DNA of 64,000 nucleotides from NCBI GenBank assembly GCA_001179505.1, contig CDMY01000113.1, positions 1-64,000 on the forward strand, written 5' to 3'. This document shows, piece after piece, positions 12,530 through 24,649 of this stretch (its first letter is position 1; each line of letters begins with the position of its first letter). The stretch is from Vitrella brassicaformis CCMP3155. Lineage: Eukaryota; Protista; Chromerida. The notes under the pieces were generated by a model. It was not told where the DNA came from. It saw only the letters and a list, made by a program, of their open reading frames with translations, and ran no database searches. The position numbers and the translations under genes were made by a program.

Positions 12530-13618
12530 TCAGTGCGGCCCCTCCGCCCCGCTGGACACAGCAATGGGGGAATTCTGCTGGCCGTGGCCGGCCTGCAGGA
12601 TGGTGGCGAGATCGGCCTCTACCGCCACGGGGTACGTCTCGGCCTCGTCATCGACCTGCGTCAGGTAGGCCGTCAGCGGTCCGATGGCCGTCTTCTTGAG
12701 GTTGTGCTGTGCCGCGAACCGCTCAGCCGCCGACTGACACGACTCCGTGGCCCTCACACACAGCTGGTGCTGGCTGCCATCCGCTATCGTCACCGTCGCC
12801 ACCACCACGTTGCGCTCCACCTCCACCTCCTTGGATGGGAACTCCTCCCCGACACGGCTGTCCGCCGCCGCCGCACCCTCCCCAGCTTTGGTCCTGACTG
12901 ACATCGGGTCCAGGGTGTCGAATGGCGATGCAGGTGCCGGTGCGCGCTGGTACAGACCCCCGAGGGACGGGGCGATGGACGGCACCTGGCACTGGGCGAA
13001 GGGGCCACCGGGGATACGCCGCCGCTGCTGCTGCTGCTGGTTGATGAAGGGCTTGTTGATGTGGATGGCCTTGCGGGGCGGCTTCTTGAGTCGTGCGACG
13101 GACGGCACGTCTAGGTCCAACGACGACAGCTTCTCCCACAGTGACGGCTCCTTGTGCGGTGCCTGGCGCGACCGGGCGTCCACCTGGTTGCGTGTGAGGT
13201 CTCCCACGTGCTCGTTGACCGCCACTGGCGAGTGCTGCCCCCTCCCGCCGCCCAGCAGGTTGGACACGAAGCGAAACGTGCCGCTCACGCTGAGAGCAGG
13301 GAAGTCGCCGTCGCCCCTGCCCTGCGTCTGGCGGCTGCCGATCTTCAGCTCCTTGGTGGACGACAGCAGCTGCTCCAGCGTCGTGTGCAGCCGGGTGCTC
13401 TCGTCCTTGAGCTCTTGCTGCTGCTCCACCTCTAGGGCGTGGAGCTCCTCGAGGCTCTGGATGCTGCGGGCCATGCGGGTGCACATCTCCAGCAGCTCAT
13501 CCCTCGACTTGGACTGCAGCACCTCCTTCAGACCCTCCCTCTCGGCAGCAGAGGGTAGCGGGGAGGCATCAGATGCTGCCGCAGATGAGGATGACGGCTC
13601 CTCTTCGACAGAAGCCAT
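12530..13618 (-). CDS. Hypothetical protein with N-terminal coiled coil and small C-terminal alpha/beta domain; single exon
   Basis: 362-aa uninterrupted ORF with GC3-rich codons. Coiled coil SRDELLEMCTRMARSIQSLEELH...; C-terminal VATVTIADGSQHQLCVRATESCQSAAERFAAQHNLKKTAIGPLTAYL. Confidence 0.7.
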   Translation of the reverse strand: MASVEEEPSSSSAAASDASPLPSAAEREGLKEVLQSKSRDELLEMCTRMARSIQSLEELHALEVEQQQELKDESTRLHTTLEQLLSSTKELKIGSRQTQGRGDGDFPALSVSGTFRFVSNLLGGGRGQHSPVAVNEHVGDLTRNQVDARSRQAPHKEPSLWEKLSSLDLDVPSVARLKKPPRKAIHINKPFINQQQQQRRRIPGGPFAQCQVPSIAPSLGGLYQRAPAPASPFDTLDPMSVRTKAGEGAAAADSRVGEEFPSKEVEVERNVVVATVTIADGSQHQLCVRATESCQSAAERFAAQHNLKKTAIGPLTAYLTQVDDEAETYPVAVEADLATILQAGHGQQNSPIAVSSGAEGPH

Positions 13619-13689
13619 GGCGGTGTCGAATCTCAGTATCTTCCTTAGGGCGGGGTTTTCACGACCTCCCTAAAAGCACCAGCTAGGCT

Positions 13690-13830
13690 ACTTTTTTTTC
13701 CGCCTGTACGTACGATCGGTTCTTCCGGGGATGCCAATCCACCTACAAAAAAAAAATCGGCCGAAAAAACGAAAAAATCAACCGAAAAAAAGGAAACACA
13801 AACACGGAAAAGACGCCAGGAAAGCGCATG
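13690..13830. promoter_or_regulatory. A/T-tract-rich segment upstream of the 13618 (-) start, probable promoter region
   Basis: Several poly-A/poly-T runs in otherwise GC-rich DNA just 5' of an ATG; regulatory role is inference. Confidence 0.3.
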
Positions 13831-14464
13831 CAGCCCCCACCCCCCTTCAAATCAGTCCCAGTGTGAAGGCCTCTCACGCACAACGGCGAACAGAGCTCGG
13901 GTGAGACACACACAGCATGGCGATACAAGCAGACCTACCTCGTCATTCTTCTCATGGATGTGTGCCAGATCAATAGCCAGAGAGCGTTGGAGGTGAGAGG
14001 ACAGTCAGCCTCTTGAGTAGGCAGAGCAGCGTCAGGTGAGAGGATGATCACCCAGGTCTTCCCTGTGACCGTTACGGTTACTGTTTTCTGTCAGCTATGA
14101 GTCTGCTGACAGCAGTAAACTGCTTGGATGGCGTAGCTTTCGTACGGACGGTCAGTCGGTCACTGCCCAAGCTGCGAGACGGTGTGTTTCATGGCCAATC
14201 GGCGTGCATTTAGAGGCCAAGAAACATTCACGGCCGAGAAGAGAACGACAGAGGACCCAGACGGGCATGTAGAAGAGAACACAGGCAACACCATGACAAA
14301 CGCGGCTCCCTATACGATATCGAGCAAGGGTTGGTCGATGTTGACGCAGTTCGTTTCATGAGAGACCGACAGACTCTGCCTGCCGTTGCGCTATGAGTTA
14401 ACGTATGTCAACATATCGAGCAAGGTATCACCTGCACGCAAACGCCACACACACACACACACAT

Positions 14465-14764
14465 NNNNNNNNNNNNNNNNNNNNNNNNNNNNNNNNNNNN
14501 NNNNNNNNNNNNNNNNNNNNNNNNNNNNNNNNNNNNNNNNNNNNNNNNNNNNNNNNNNNNNNNNNNNNNNNNNNNNNNNNNNNNNNNNNNNNNNNNNNNN
14601 NNNNNNNNNNNNNNNNNNNNNNNNNNNNNNNNNNNNNNNNNNNNNNNNNNNNNNNNNNNNNNNNNNNNNNNNNNNNNNNNNNNNNNNNNNNNNNNNNNNN
14701 NNNNNNNNNNNNNNNNNNNNNNNNNNNNNNNNNNNNNNNNNNNNNNNNNNNNNNNNNNNNNNNN
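14465..14764. other. Assembly gap (300 N)
   Basis: N run flanked by CA microsatellite. Confidence 1.
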
Positions 14765-14871
14765 GCTGTCTGCTCGTCCTCGTGCCTGTTTCATGCTGCG
14801 TGCGTTGTCTGCCTGGGTTCTGCCTGTTCATGCTCGTGCCTGCTTCATGCTGCGTGTTGGTCACCCGACAC

Positions 14872-14902
<31 letters not shown>

Positions 14903-15152
14903 ACACACACCTGCATGACCTGTGATGTGCCGTGCCTTTTCTTTATTCAAGCCACTCACTCACCTTCATGCTGTTCCATGATGGGGTGCTTCATGTTTGT
15001 GGACACACCTCCCCATTCTCCTTCAACAGCGCTGTCACCTGTGGGGGTCGTGCATCGCGCTCAGCTCGCTGGGCGCCTTACTTGTCACAAAAAACGGAAG
15101 AAGGTGGGGGTGCCCCCATCTGCATGCGAGACGCGCAATCTCCCCATTCCCC

Positions 15153-18100
15153 ATGGCGTTTGTGGTGCGTTCTGAGCGGCGGATGCTCGCCGACATGATG
15201 CCGGCAGGGCCGTCGGACGTGGGGCCAGGTTCTTACATCGCTCACCACGAGTACAGACGGCTCAAGGGGTAAGAGAAAGCACACGAGGGAGATGCGGCTC
15301 ACCCAGGTACCTTTCTGTTCTTGTTTTGCCTCAGCACAGCGCCCTTTGGTTCTACAGAGAGCAGGAACGAGCCTCCACCGGCGCTGTCGCTGTCCCCGAT
15401 AACCGGAGGGCCAGGACCAGGTGATGCGTCCATACGTATGCGGTCGAGGTGCGTGGATGAATCTCTTCTCTTCTGTTTCAGGAACATACGACCCTCAATT
15501 GCCGAGTGGGTGCCATGTTCATATATCACGAGAGTGTAGATGTAGGGCGGCCCTTCCTTGATTTGTTGGTGCAGGTCCTGCCTTCTTTGACCCCGGTCTG
15601 CCGCGACGAGCCGCAGCCTTCCATGTGTCGGTCAGCCACCGAGCACTCCCTCTGCTTCTTGTTCCATCGTTACCTTTGTCCGCACAGAGTGACCGGTGGG
15701 ACAGCCAGTCGGCATTCGGGGGGGCCGGCAAGGACTTCCCTGGCCCAGGTGCCTACAATACCAAGCTGTTCTCGCCCCGCAGAGGCGAGAAGGGCGAAAG
15801 AGGCGTCGGAGCGGGCGGGATGGTTGAAATGGCGCGACAAGGCGGCAGGAACCTTCCTGTGTCGGGCACTGTGGCACTCACGACCAACCTGTTGCCTCAG
15901 CCAGGGGAGCGCGACGACGAGCGGGAGCGTCGGCTGGTGTCTGCACCGTCCATCCCTGCCTATCGGCAGTGCTTTGGGTATGAAGAAGACGAAGTGGGGC
16001 GCCTCGTGAGACAGCCCTGCCCTGAGAACGTGAGCGGCGGCTTGTCAAAGGATAGTGAGTCATCTGTCTGTTGCGTGTATAGTGGCTGGACGGCACCCCC
16101 CGGCGACGTGTCGGTCCGGGGGAATACATGCCGAACGATTATTGGTCGTCAGGTCGCATCCGGACAGACAGAGGTACAGACAGACATCAATACAGAGACA
16201 CGAAGCGTGGGCTATCTCTGCCCCCCTTGGTGGCAGCTCTCAACTGGTCTCGCTTATCTGGCCGACGCGACATGGTCCTCAACAACAACCCCGGACCAGG
16301 TGGGCAAATACAGAGCCGAATCCTTTCCCTTTATTCGCTATCATGGACTCTCGCCAGGCACGTACACGGCCAAGCGTCTAGTCAAGCCATCTCGGTTGAC
16401 ATCTGCCTTTGCTTCCGGCACGCGAAGAGCTCCGCCAGGGCCCCTCGAAAGAAGTCAGATAGGGAGATAAAGAGCAGCCGGGCTGTTGGCATTGTTTCTT
16501 TCTCCGCGGTTGTGCAGGAGTTGAGTCGGCTACTCCTGCGAGGGGTCAGCGTGAGTCGACCGAGAGCCTGGCACAGCCACAGTCCATCGCACCATTGGAG
16601 CCCCCAGGGCCAGGTAGACAGACCCACGTCTTCGTCTTCCCCTTCACAAGTGCACTTCACAAGTGGCATTTCCTTGTTTTCCAAACAGGGGCCTACGAGT
16701 TCCCTCCCACCATTCAGCCCAAAAGAATAGCCGAAGAGCACCAGTTCTTCGGTCAGCATGCATAGAATGCACTTCTCCATAAGTCAGGTGCCTCTTGTTT
16801 GTCGTCCCAGGCACATCTGCTGAGCGTTTTCCACGGTACGACACCAACCCAAGCCCTGGACCAGGCAAGGAGACCCACATGCATAGCTAGATAGACCAGC
16901 CGTGGAGGCACATCCCTGCGCGCCTTTCGCTGTTCTGCAGCTGCATATGCTGTCGAGAGGGAGTTCCTAAACTTCAATGAGCTGCGGGTGAGACCATCGA
17001 CACAGGGAGAACAAGAGTGTCTCATTGGACATCGTTGACATGTCTCCGTTTGGTCCTCAGGGTCCCGTTTTCTCACGAGGCGCCGACCGATTCCAGCCAA
17101 GGAGACGCAGCCAGGCAGCCCCAGGGCCGGGGGCCTACAACCTCTCAGGCCACACCATCAGCGGCATCCACGGCAATGACCTGGACGGCAGGTCACCCCA
17201 ACACTCCCTCACCACCAGCGGCAGTCTCCGCAACCTGGTTCGCAGCACGTCCCCACCCATGCGGGCTGCGCGAGGCGGCCCTGCATTCGGAGGGTCTGAG
17301 AGGAGATTCTGCACACTGTCTGAGGCAGAGTGCCCTGGGCCAGGCGCGTATGACGGCACCAGTGACGGCTTCAGGGGTGCAGACGGCCGGCGGTCGGCTG
17401 CCTTCGCATCCAAGGCCCGACGGCTCGACTTTCAGGCTTCAGTTGTCAAGCGTACGCATGTCATCGAGCAGGCCATGCACACCCGGCACACGTCTATCAT
17501 GTCATTCTTCAGGTGCTCAAGGTTTGCCGAGTCCAGCCGACTACGTCAGTCCCGTGGCGTTTGTGTCTTGCCGCCCCAAACACATACCCACGAAATCTGA
17601 GGGGTTCCTCTCCACAGCCCTGCGGGATGTCTCTAGCGTGCCGCCAGGTGGGCACCATCATCGATTTCGTGCATCGTTTGCCTTTGCACACTGCCACGTC
17701 GTACAGACCTGAGGAGCCGGCCCGGCCCGGGTCAATATGAGTCCGAGTTTGGGACGATGCAGCAGAACAGGTGAGACACGATGTGTCTGTCGGGTTCGCC
17801 ATTCATGGATGGGATGCCCTTTTGCGTGTCACTCCAGGGCCCAGTCTGCCCAGCGGTATCGCTACACGCCGGTCTCGGCGGCATTCAGTACCTCGGTGGG
17901 GCAGCCACAGCACAGCACAGACACACATCGCGCATATCATAGGGCATAATTGCGTGCTGTCTTTATCCCGGCAGGCGGGGCGATTTGCCGGAGAGAGGCG
18001 CTCTGTGTCGCCTGGGCCAGGTCAGCACAGCAGCGCCATTACTTTGTGTGGGTGAATGGATTGCTGTGTGTGTCACTCACGGGTGCCTGCAGGGGAGTAT

Positions 18101-18169
18101 GACTATGACAGGGGTGGCAGAGATTGGACGAAGCAGACCTTCAACTGCCTTTTTGGCGATGTACTCTGA
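15153..18169 (+). CDS. STPG2: Sperm-tail PG-rich (SHIPPO/ODF3-type PGPGxY) repeat protein, STPG2-like, flagellar; multi-exon
   Basis: MAFVVRSERR...VGPGSY, FPGPGAYN, APSIPAYRQCFGYEEDEVGRL, APGPGAYN, CPGPGAYD, PGPGQYE and a terminal PGPGEYD...WTKQTFNCLFG ending at TGA 18169. The symbol is the nearest recognisable family member, not a proven ortholog. Confidence 0.75.
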
Positions 18170-18461
18170 GAGCCTGCCTACGTGTCTGCCTGCCCCTTTG
18201 CGTGCTTGGACGGCATATTTGTGTTGTGTCTGCCATCCATGTGTATGGCTGAAGGCGAGAGCGATTAAGACGTGAAGTGAGATGTCTTGCACGTGGTGCA
18301 TTCACGGAAGGGAACACATCTGTTCCATTGACTGTACATGTATGTAAGATGTCGTTACTACCTCAGCATGCAATAAATATCTACCCGTCCACACATCTAT
18401 CTCTCCACACCCACGACACCCACCCACGGCAGGCACCTGCCTTCATCTCCTTTCTCCCCTC

Positions 18462-19359
18462 CTAGTGTGTCCGGTACTCCGCCTCTTCGGTGTGCAGGCG
18501 GGCAGGCGAGCTCCGGGCATGGTTGGGTGTTCTCTGTGTCGCGTGCTCGGCGAAGGCAGCGGGAGGGGGTGGGGGAGGGGGGGTGCTGGGGCCGCCTGTG
18601 GCAGGGTGGCACTTCTGACTGCGATCACGACGCAAGGAATCCACCTTCTGCAGCAGGGACAGTAAGGCAACAGGCAGACAGTGACAGTGAATGGTTGACA
18701 ATATGAAGTGCAAGGCCGCGGGTGCATTATTTACCTTGCAGAGTGTGCCTAGCTGGCCCTTCAGCTTCTCCAAGCTGCTACACAGCTCGTCCAAGTCTGC
18801 CTGGTCAACCATCCCATCGCTATCGAGGTCAATGTCCAGCTGCGTCCACACACACACACACACACACACAACATCCAGTAATGTCATCATCCATCCATCC
18901 ATCCATGCGTCTTGCCTGCTCCATACACCGCCCCAGCGCAGAAACGTCATCACCAAGCCCATGCGGACGCGGAACGACTTGCTGGGAGTGCCCACCCGCG
19001 GCAAGGTCCATGGACACACCCGATGGCTGCGCCACACGGTCCTCAACTCCACCGGGAGAACCTGCCGACCACAAGTGGACAGAAAGAAGCGGAATACCAT
19101 TGCAAAGGTGTGGGATCTATGCATATGTGTACTGACCAGGGCTGCTCGGGCTTGACTGGGCTAGGTGGGGGTCTTGAGGCGTGTGCAGGAGGTGGCGCGT
19201 GCCGCCTGCGGTGACTCGGACTGGATCATGCTGCGAGTTGAAGGAGAGGCGGCTGCCGTCCTCGAAGAGGAGAGGCGGGCTGGCCTCGGCAGCTGGAGGG
19301 CTAGCCAAGGCTGGATCTAAACGAGAACCTGACGAGGAGCAGCGATTCCTCTCGTCCAT
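18462..19359 (-). CDS. Hypothetical protein with one EF-hand-like loop
   Basis: The exon near 18740-18845 encodes LDIDLDSDGMVDQADLDEL (DxDxDGxxDxxD/E loop); flanking exons are low complexity. Confidence 0.45.
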
Positions 19360-19620
19360 GGCATCGCTCAAAAAACGATTCATACGCGGGGGCTCTTCTT
19401 GGGGGCGTCTCAGAGTCCGGTGTCTTTAATCCACACCGATAGTTTCAGTCCCCAGCATCCACATGCATACCGCGCGCGAACTCAGCAGGCAGATGAGCAT
19501 GTAGGGCCGACGTGCCATGATAATCCACGTGCTGTATATTATATACTGGGTTGCAAGGCAGCCGTTTCACATAGATCGCTCAACGACAAATATCACTTAC
19601 ACACAAGCAGCTAACGTCCA

Positions 19621-22171
19621 TCAGTGGTCAGGCCTGAAGAGCGGTCCACAAGCAAACAAACACAGCCCACGTCAATCGGTGCAGAGGGTGCGTTGCGTGT
19701 GTCCTTCTGTACTTGTTTCCAAACGAGTCGAGGCCGCCCCTGTCTTTGTCTTTGAGCATCTGCGAAGATCACACACAAGGGGACGAGACGTTGAGCAGCA
19801 CACATGCTTTGGGCGTGTCTGTGGCCACCCCTCACCGATTCAATCTGCTTCCACTCCGCCTCGCTGTCCTTTTTGCCCTTCTTGCCCTTCTTCTTGCTCT
19901 TCTTCGGTTTGTCCTCGCCGCCCTCGTCCTTGGAGGCGCCCGCGGCGTCCTTTTTCTTCTTCTTGCCCTCCTCGTCGTCGCTGTCATAGTAGATCTCGTG
20001 CGATGTGCCGATGTTGTAGGACGGGTAGCACTCCATGTACGAATCCTCATCCGCACCACGCGCCTTGCTCGCCCTATACACGCAATCGACGAACGACACG
20101 AAGCAAAGACAATTCCTGAGCCCACTTGGTCTGTATGTATGTGTGTGTGTGTGTGTGTGTGTGACGGTACCTGAGGGCCTCCTGGTCCTTCCTCTCTTGC
20201 TCCTTCCTCCTGTAGTTGGCGAGGGCTTCTTGTGCTGCTGCGGCAGATGCAAGCCCCACATCACCCGCCCCCTCGCCTTCATCCACCTCCATCTCATCCT
20301 CGGCACGCACAATCGGCAAAGCAATCCTGATGAGCATCATTACACAGAAGAAGGATACATCGTTTGTCGTTGGTGTCTGCCGTTGTTTCGCGATACCTTT
20401 TGGCTCTTTGTTTGTCCTCTTCCTCCTCTTCTGCCCCCGTGTCATCGAAGTACGATCGACCGCCACCGACAGACACCGCACCAGCCTGTGTGACAGACAC
20501 ATACAGACAGACAGAGATGAACAAGACAATCACATAGACCGTGTGTCCTCTTCTTGCTGACCTTGAGGTGCTCGGTAGTGTCTTTGGGGTCGAAGTGTCC
20601 AGCCCCCTGGAAAATGTCGTCGTCATCCTCGTCGATGGATGCAGAGATCTTGCCCTGCTCCACACGGGGGCGCTGACACCACAAACACACACAGATACAG
20701 AATGGGTGATCGACTGTACGAGGATGTGTTTGCTGCCTTCGTCTTGACCTCTTTCTGCTGTGCGGGCCATGCAGCTGAGCTCGTCTGCTTCTCAGCGTGA
20801 GAGGCAGCGGCTGCCTGTGCCTCCGATGCGGGAAGCTTTGGGGCGAATGCACGCTCCTCTCGTGGCCGCTGAGACACTGACACACGGACACACACACATA
20901 CATGACAATCGGGCTGATGAAACGAGTGTCCTGCTTGCTCACGTCTTTCGTGTCGCTTCTTGCGCCTGTTCTCGGCGTGCCAGTGGTAGATGGCGTTCAG
21001 CTCCTCTCTGATCGGCTTCTGGACGATGGCGATGATGCCCTCGGGCGGCGCGGGGCAGTCCTCCTTTGAGCGATGGATGAAGGTGGGGATGTCCTGACCC
21101 TCCATGTCCATCTGCGTGTCGAAGCAATACGCCATCCGACCAGGCAAGAACAGCTCAGTGTTGCCGCGGAAACGGTTGCCCTGAGAGAAGCCCGCACACA
21201 GACGAGAACACAGAAGTGCGTCGATAGGCAAGGAGTGCGTGCAGTGTTAGCCAACCCACCTTCATGAGATTGTCGTCGATGCGCTTGAGTTTGTCGTTGA
21301 ATGACACGTGGTGCGGGTGCAGCTGCTCCATGACCTCTCGATGCACTGATCGACCGATGGCCGTCTGAAACCCACGGCGTCGACGGGACTCGGCCTTGCG
21401 CTCCTCCTCCTCATTCCTGGCAGACAGATAGCAGGCATTGCTTTCGTGTCCGTGAATTGTCTGTGTGTGTGTGTGTGTGTGCTGACTTGGCCTGTAGGTT
21501 CCTCTGCTCCTTGTCAATCTCCTGTCGTATCTTGTTGAGCAGCTGGTAGTCGAGACCCTTCACCAGATGAGTGTGCTCGAGGTCGCCGCCCTGTCAACCA
21601 AAACCAAAACCAACACCAACATCAACACAGGCAGTCATCTGTGCCTGTACGCCCCCACATCTTTGTTCGTGTGAGCTCACTCACCAGGTATTTTGATTCG
21701 TCGATAGACCGTGACTTCATTTCTTGGAACTCCGTCTCCACCTGCTTGTAGTCCTCCTTCTGGGCGCGACGAGCCGCCGCACGGTCCACATACGACGAAT
21801 CCACCTCCTCATGCTTGTCACCACTGATCGATGCGCGCACGACCCGCCACACACGACACAAGCAGACAGGCGGCAAAGCACTCCACATTGCATGTGTGCG
21901 CGTGCTCCTTTCCCTTCTCACCTGTCGTCCTTCTTGGGTTTGAACGGCCGCGGCCTCTTGCGCTCCTTTGACGAGGAACCGTCACCTGGCTTCTTCCTGC
22001 ACCACACACCAACCAGGACAACCACGACAATGGAAGTGATGATACAAATGCTTGTCCTGTCGTCACGTCATGTCATGGTGCCCACCTCTTGGCGGCGACA
22101 TTGGCCAGCAGCGACGCGTCCGTCTCATTCAGGAGGGACTTGAAATCCGCATTCGTGAGAGGCTTCGCCAT
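19621..22171 (-). CDS. IK: Protein RED (IK), spliceosomal B-complex factor; multi-exon
   Basis: MAKPLTNADFKSLL, GGDLEHTHLVKGLDYQLLNKIRQEI, ELFLPGRMAYCFD...DIPTFIHRSKEDCP, YMECYPSY and WKQIE are RED_N/RED_C signatures. The 3' end is approximate. Confidence 0.88.
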
Positions 22172-22552
22172 GCCGATGATCACTTGCGGTGAATCAACGC
22201 CCTGTCAGCTTACTGTCAGCCAGTTGCCGTCAGCAGATGGAGATGCCTCACACGTACGCCAGCAACTACGAAGTGAGTCGCGCTCAAAGGCGAAGAGGAG
22301 CTGACTGAAAATTGGTGCCTAATCCAGCACTCCAGCTACAGCAACATGCTTCAGCGAGAATTGGAGAATTGGAGGCGCGAGATCTGTGCGAGCTGAAACT
22401 TCTTTGCGAGCTGGGAAAAAGCTGCCCCTCCTTTGCTGTTTTTAGCCGTCCCCCTCCCTTGCCACAGCTGCTGCTGTTGCCCAGCACCACCACCGCTGAA
22501 CCGCCTGCCTTGGGTTGTGTTGTCGTGCATTGGTTGAGTGGTTGTCGTCAGC

Positions 22553-24649
22553 ATGGGTGAGTCCGGCAAGGAGTTCCGCTACCACCGCATGATGAGCGGC
22601 AGTAGCATTTTGGCGCAGGGCCTGGGCAAGAGCACCAAGATCGACCTGAACCTCATCCTCAGCGCCCGCCAGTCGACGGATTTCCTCTACCGCAAGACCA
22701 AGATCGTGTGCACCATGGGCCCGTCCTGCTGGAGCGTCGAGAAGCTCGTGCAGATGATCGACTCGGGCATGAACGTCGCCCGCCTCAACTTCAGCCACGG
22801 CGACCACGAGGCGCACGGCCAGACCGTCGCCAACATCCAGGAGGCCCTCAAGCAGCGGCCCGGCAAGACCATCGCCCTGCTCCTCGACACCAAGGGCCCC
22901 GAGATCCGCACCGGCTTCCTCAACACCGATGACAAGAAGATCCACCTCAAGGCGGGCCAGAAGCTCAAGATCGTGACGGACTACTCGTTCAAGGGCGACT
23001 CCACGGCCATCGCCTGCAGCTACGACAAGCTGCCCACGTCGGTCAAGCCCGGCAACATCATCCTCATGGCTGACGGATCCGTCAGCGCCAAGGTCCTCGA
23101 GTGTGGCAAGGACTTCGTCATGACCGAGGTACTCAACGACGCGTCGGTGGGAGAGCGCAAAAACATGAACCTCCCGGGCGTCAAGGTGCGTGGCGAGACG
23201 ACGTGAGACAAGGAAGACACACACGGGGGGAGATCTGCACACATGCATGCGTGTGCATGCACGTTGTGTTGTGTCGTGTTGGTGCATGCGTGTGTGTGCA
23301 GGTAGAGTTGCCGTGCATTGGCGAGAAGGACAAGAACGACATTCTCAACTTTGGCATTCCCCAGGGCTGCAACTTCATCGCCGCGTCGTTTGTCCAGACG
23401 GCCGACGACGTACGCGACATCCGCAACATACTCGGACCACGGGTAAGGAAGCCGGGAACACCAATCGATCGCCCAGCCCACCCACTGTGTGTGTGTGTCG
23501 TGTACGTCGTTGTAGGGTCGTCACATCAAGATCATTCCCAAGATCGAGAACGTTGAGGGTTTGATGAACTTCGACGCCATCCTCGCCGAGTGCGATGGTG
23601 TCATGGTAGCGCGTGGCGACCTGGGCATGGAGATCCCGCCCGAGAAGGTCTTCCTCGCACAGAAAATGATGATCGCCAAGTAACTCAGACACACACTACA
23701 CACCGGCCAACCGACACACAACCAAACCACCGACATACTTTCTGTCTGCGTGCGTGTGTGTGTGTCAGGTGCAACGTAGCAGGCAAGCCGATCATCACGG
23801 CCACACAGATGTTGGAGTCGATGACCAAGAACCCCCGGCCCACCCGAGCCGAGGTGACGGACGTGGCCAACGCCGTCCTCGACGGCACTGACGCCGTCAT
23901 GCTCTCGGGCGAGACCGCTGGCGGCGACTTCCCCCTAGAGGCCGTGCAGGTACGACGGATTGATGGATGACATCCTCACATGCAGCCCCCTGTGTGTATT
24001 GTGTGTGGTGTGAATGCAGACGATGGCCAAGGTGTGTTTGGAGAGCGAGTCGTGCATCGACTACCCAGCGTTGTTCCGCGCCCTGCACATGTCGGTGGTG
24101 CGCCCCGTGACGACCCCCGAGGCCGTCTGCAGCGCCGCCGTCGAGACCGCCACGGACATCGAGGCCAGCCTCATCATCGCACTCACCGAAACAGGGTCAG
24201 TGATCTGGGTACCAGGCACCCATGACGGCTGGTGGATGTCTTGTGTCTTGTGTCTTGTATGTGTGTGATGGATTGGTCAGTTACACGGCCCGTTTGATAG
24301 CCAAGTACCGCCCGCCGCAGCTGGTGTTGGCGTTGAGCGCGTCCGAGTCGACCGTCAAGCACCTGCAGGTCCACCGCGGATGCCTCTGCCTCAAGGTACC
24401 TACATACCCAACCCATCCCACATGCACACAAATGGATGGATGGATGGCTCTCTCACATGGCCTGTGTGCCACTGTCTGCCATCTCAGGTTCCGTCGTTCC
24501 AGGGCACGGATCACGTGATCCGCAACGCGTTGGAGGCGGCCAAGGAGATGGGCCTGGTGGTGCCGGGCAACAGCGTGGTGGCCGTCCACGGTATGAAGGA
24601 GGAGGTCGCCGGGTCCTCCAACCTCATGAAGGTCGTCGAAGTTTATTAA
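22553..24649 (+). CDS. PYK1: Pyruvate kinase, cytosolic type I (apicomplexan PYK1-like); multi-exon
   Basis: [106 protein letters not shown]; stop TAA at 24647-24649. Confidence 0.97.

Noticed and set aside
14386-15175. ORFs spanning N gaps or CVCVCV/HTHTHT runs throughout the window
   Set aside because: They are translations of gaps and intronic TG/CA microsatellites, not real coding sequence.
22442-23287. Long antisense ORFs over pyruvate kinase (and similar shadows over other genes)
   Set aside because: Expected shadow ORFs of GC3-rich coding sequence.
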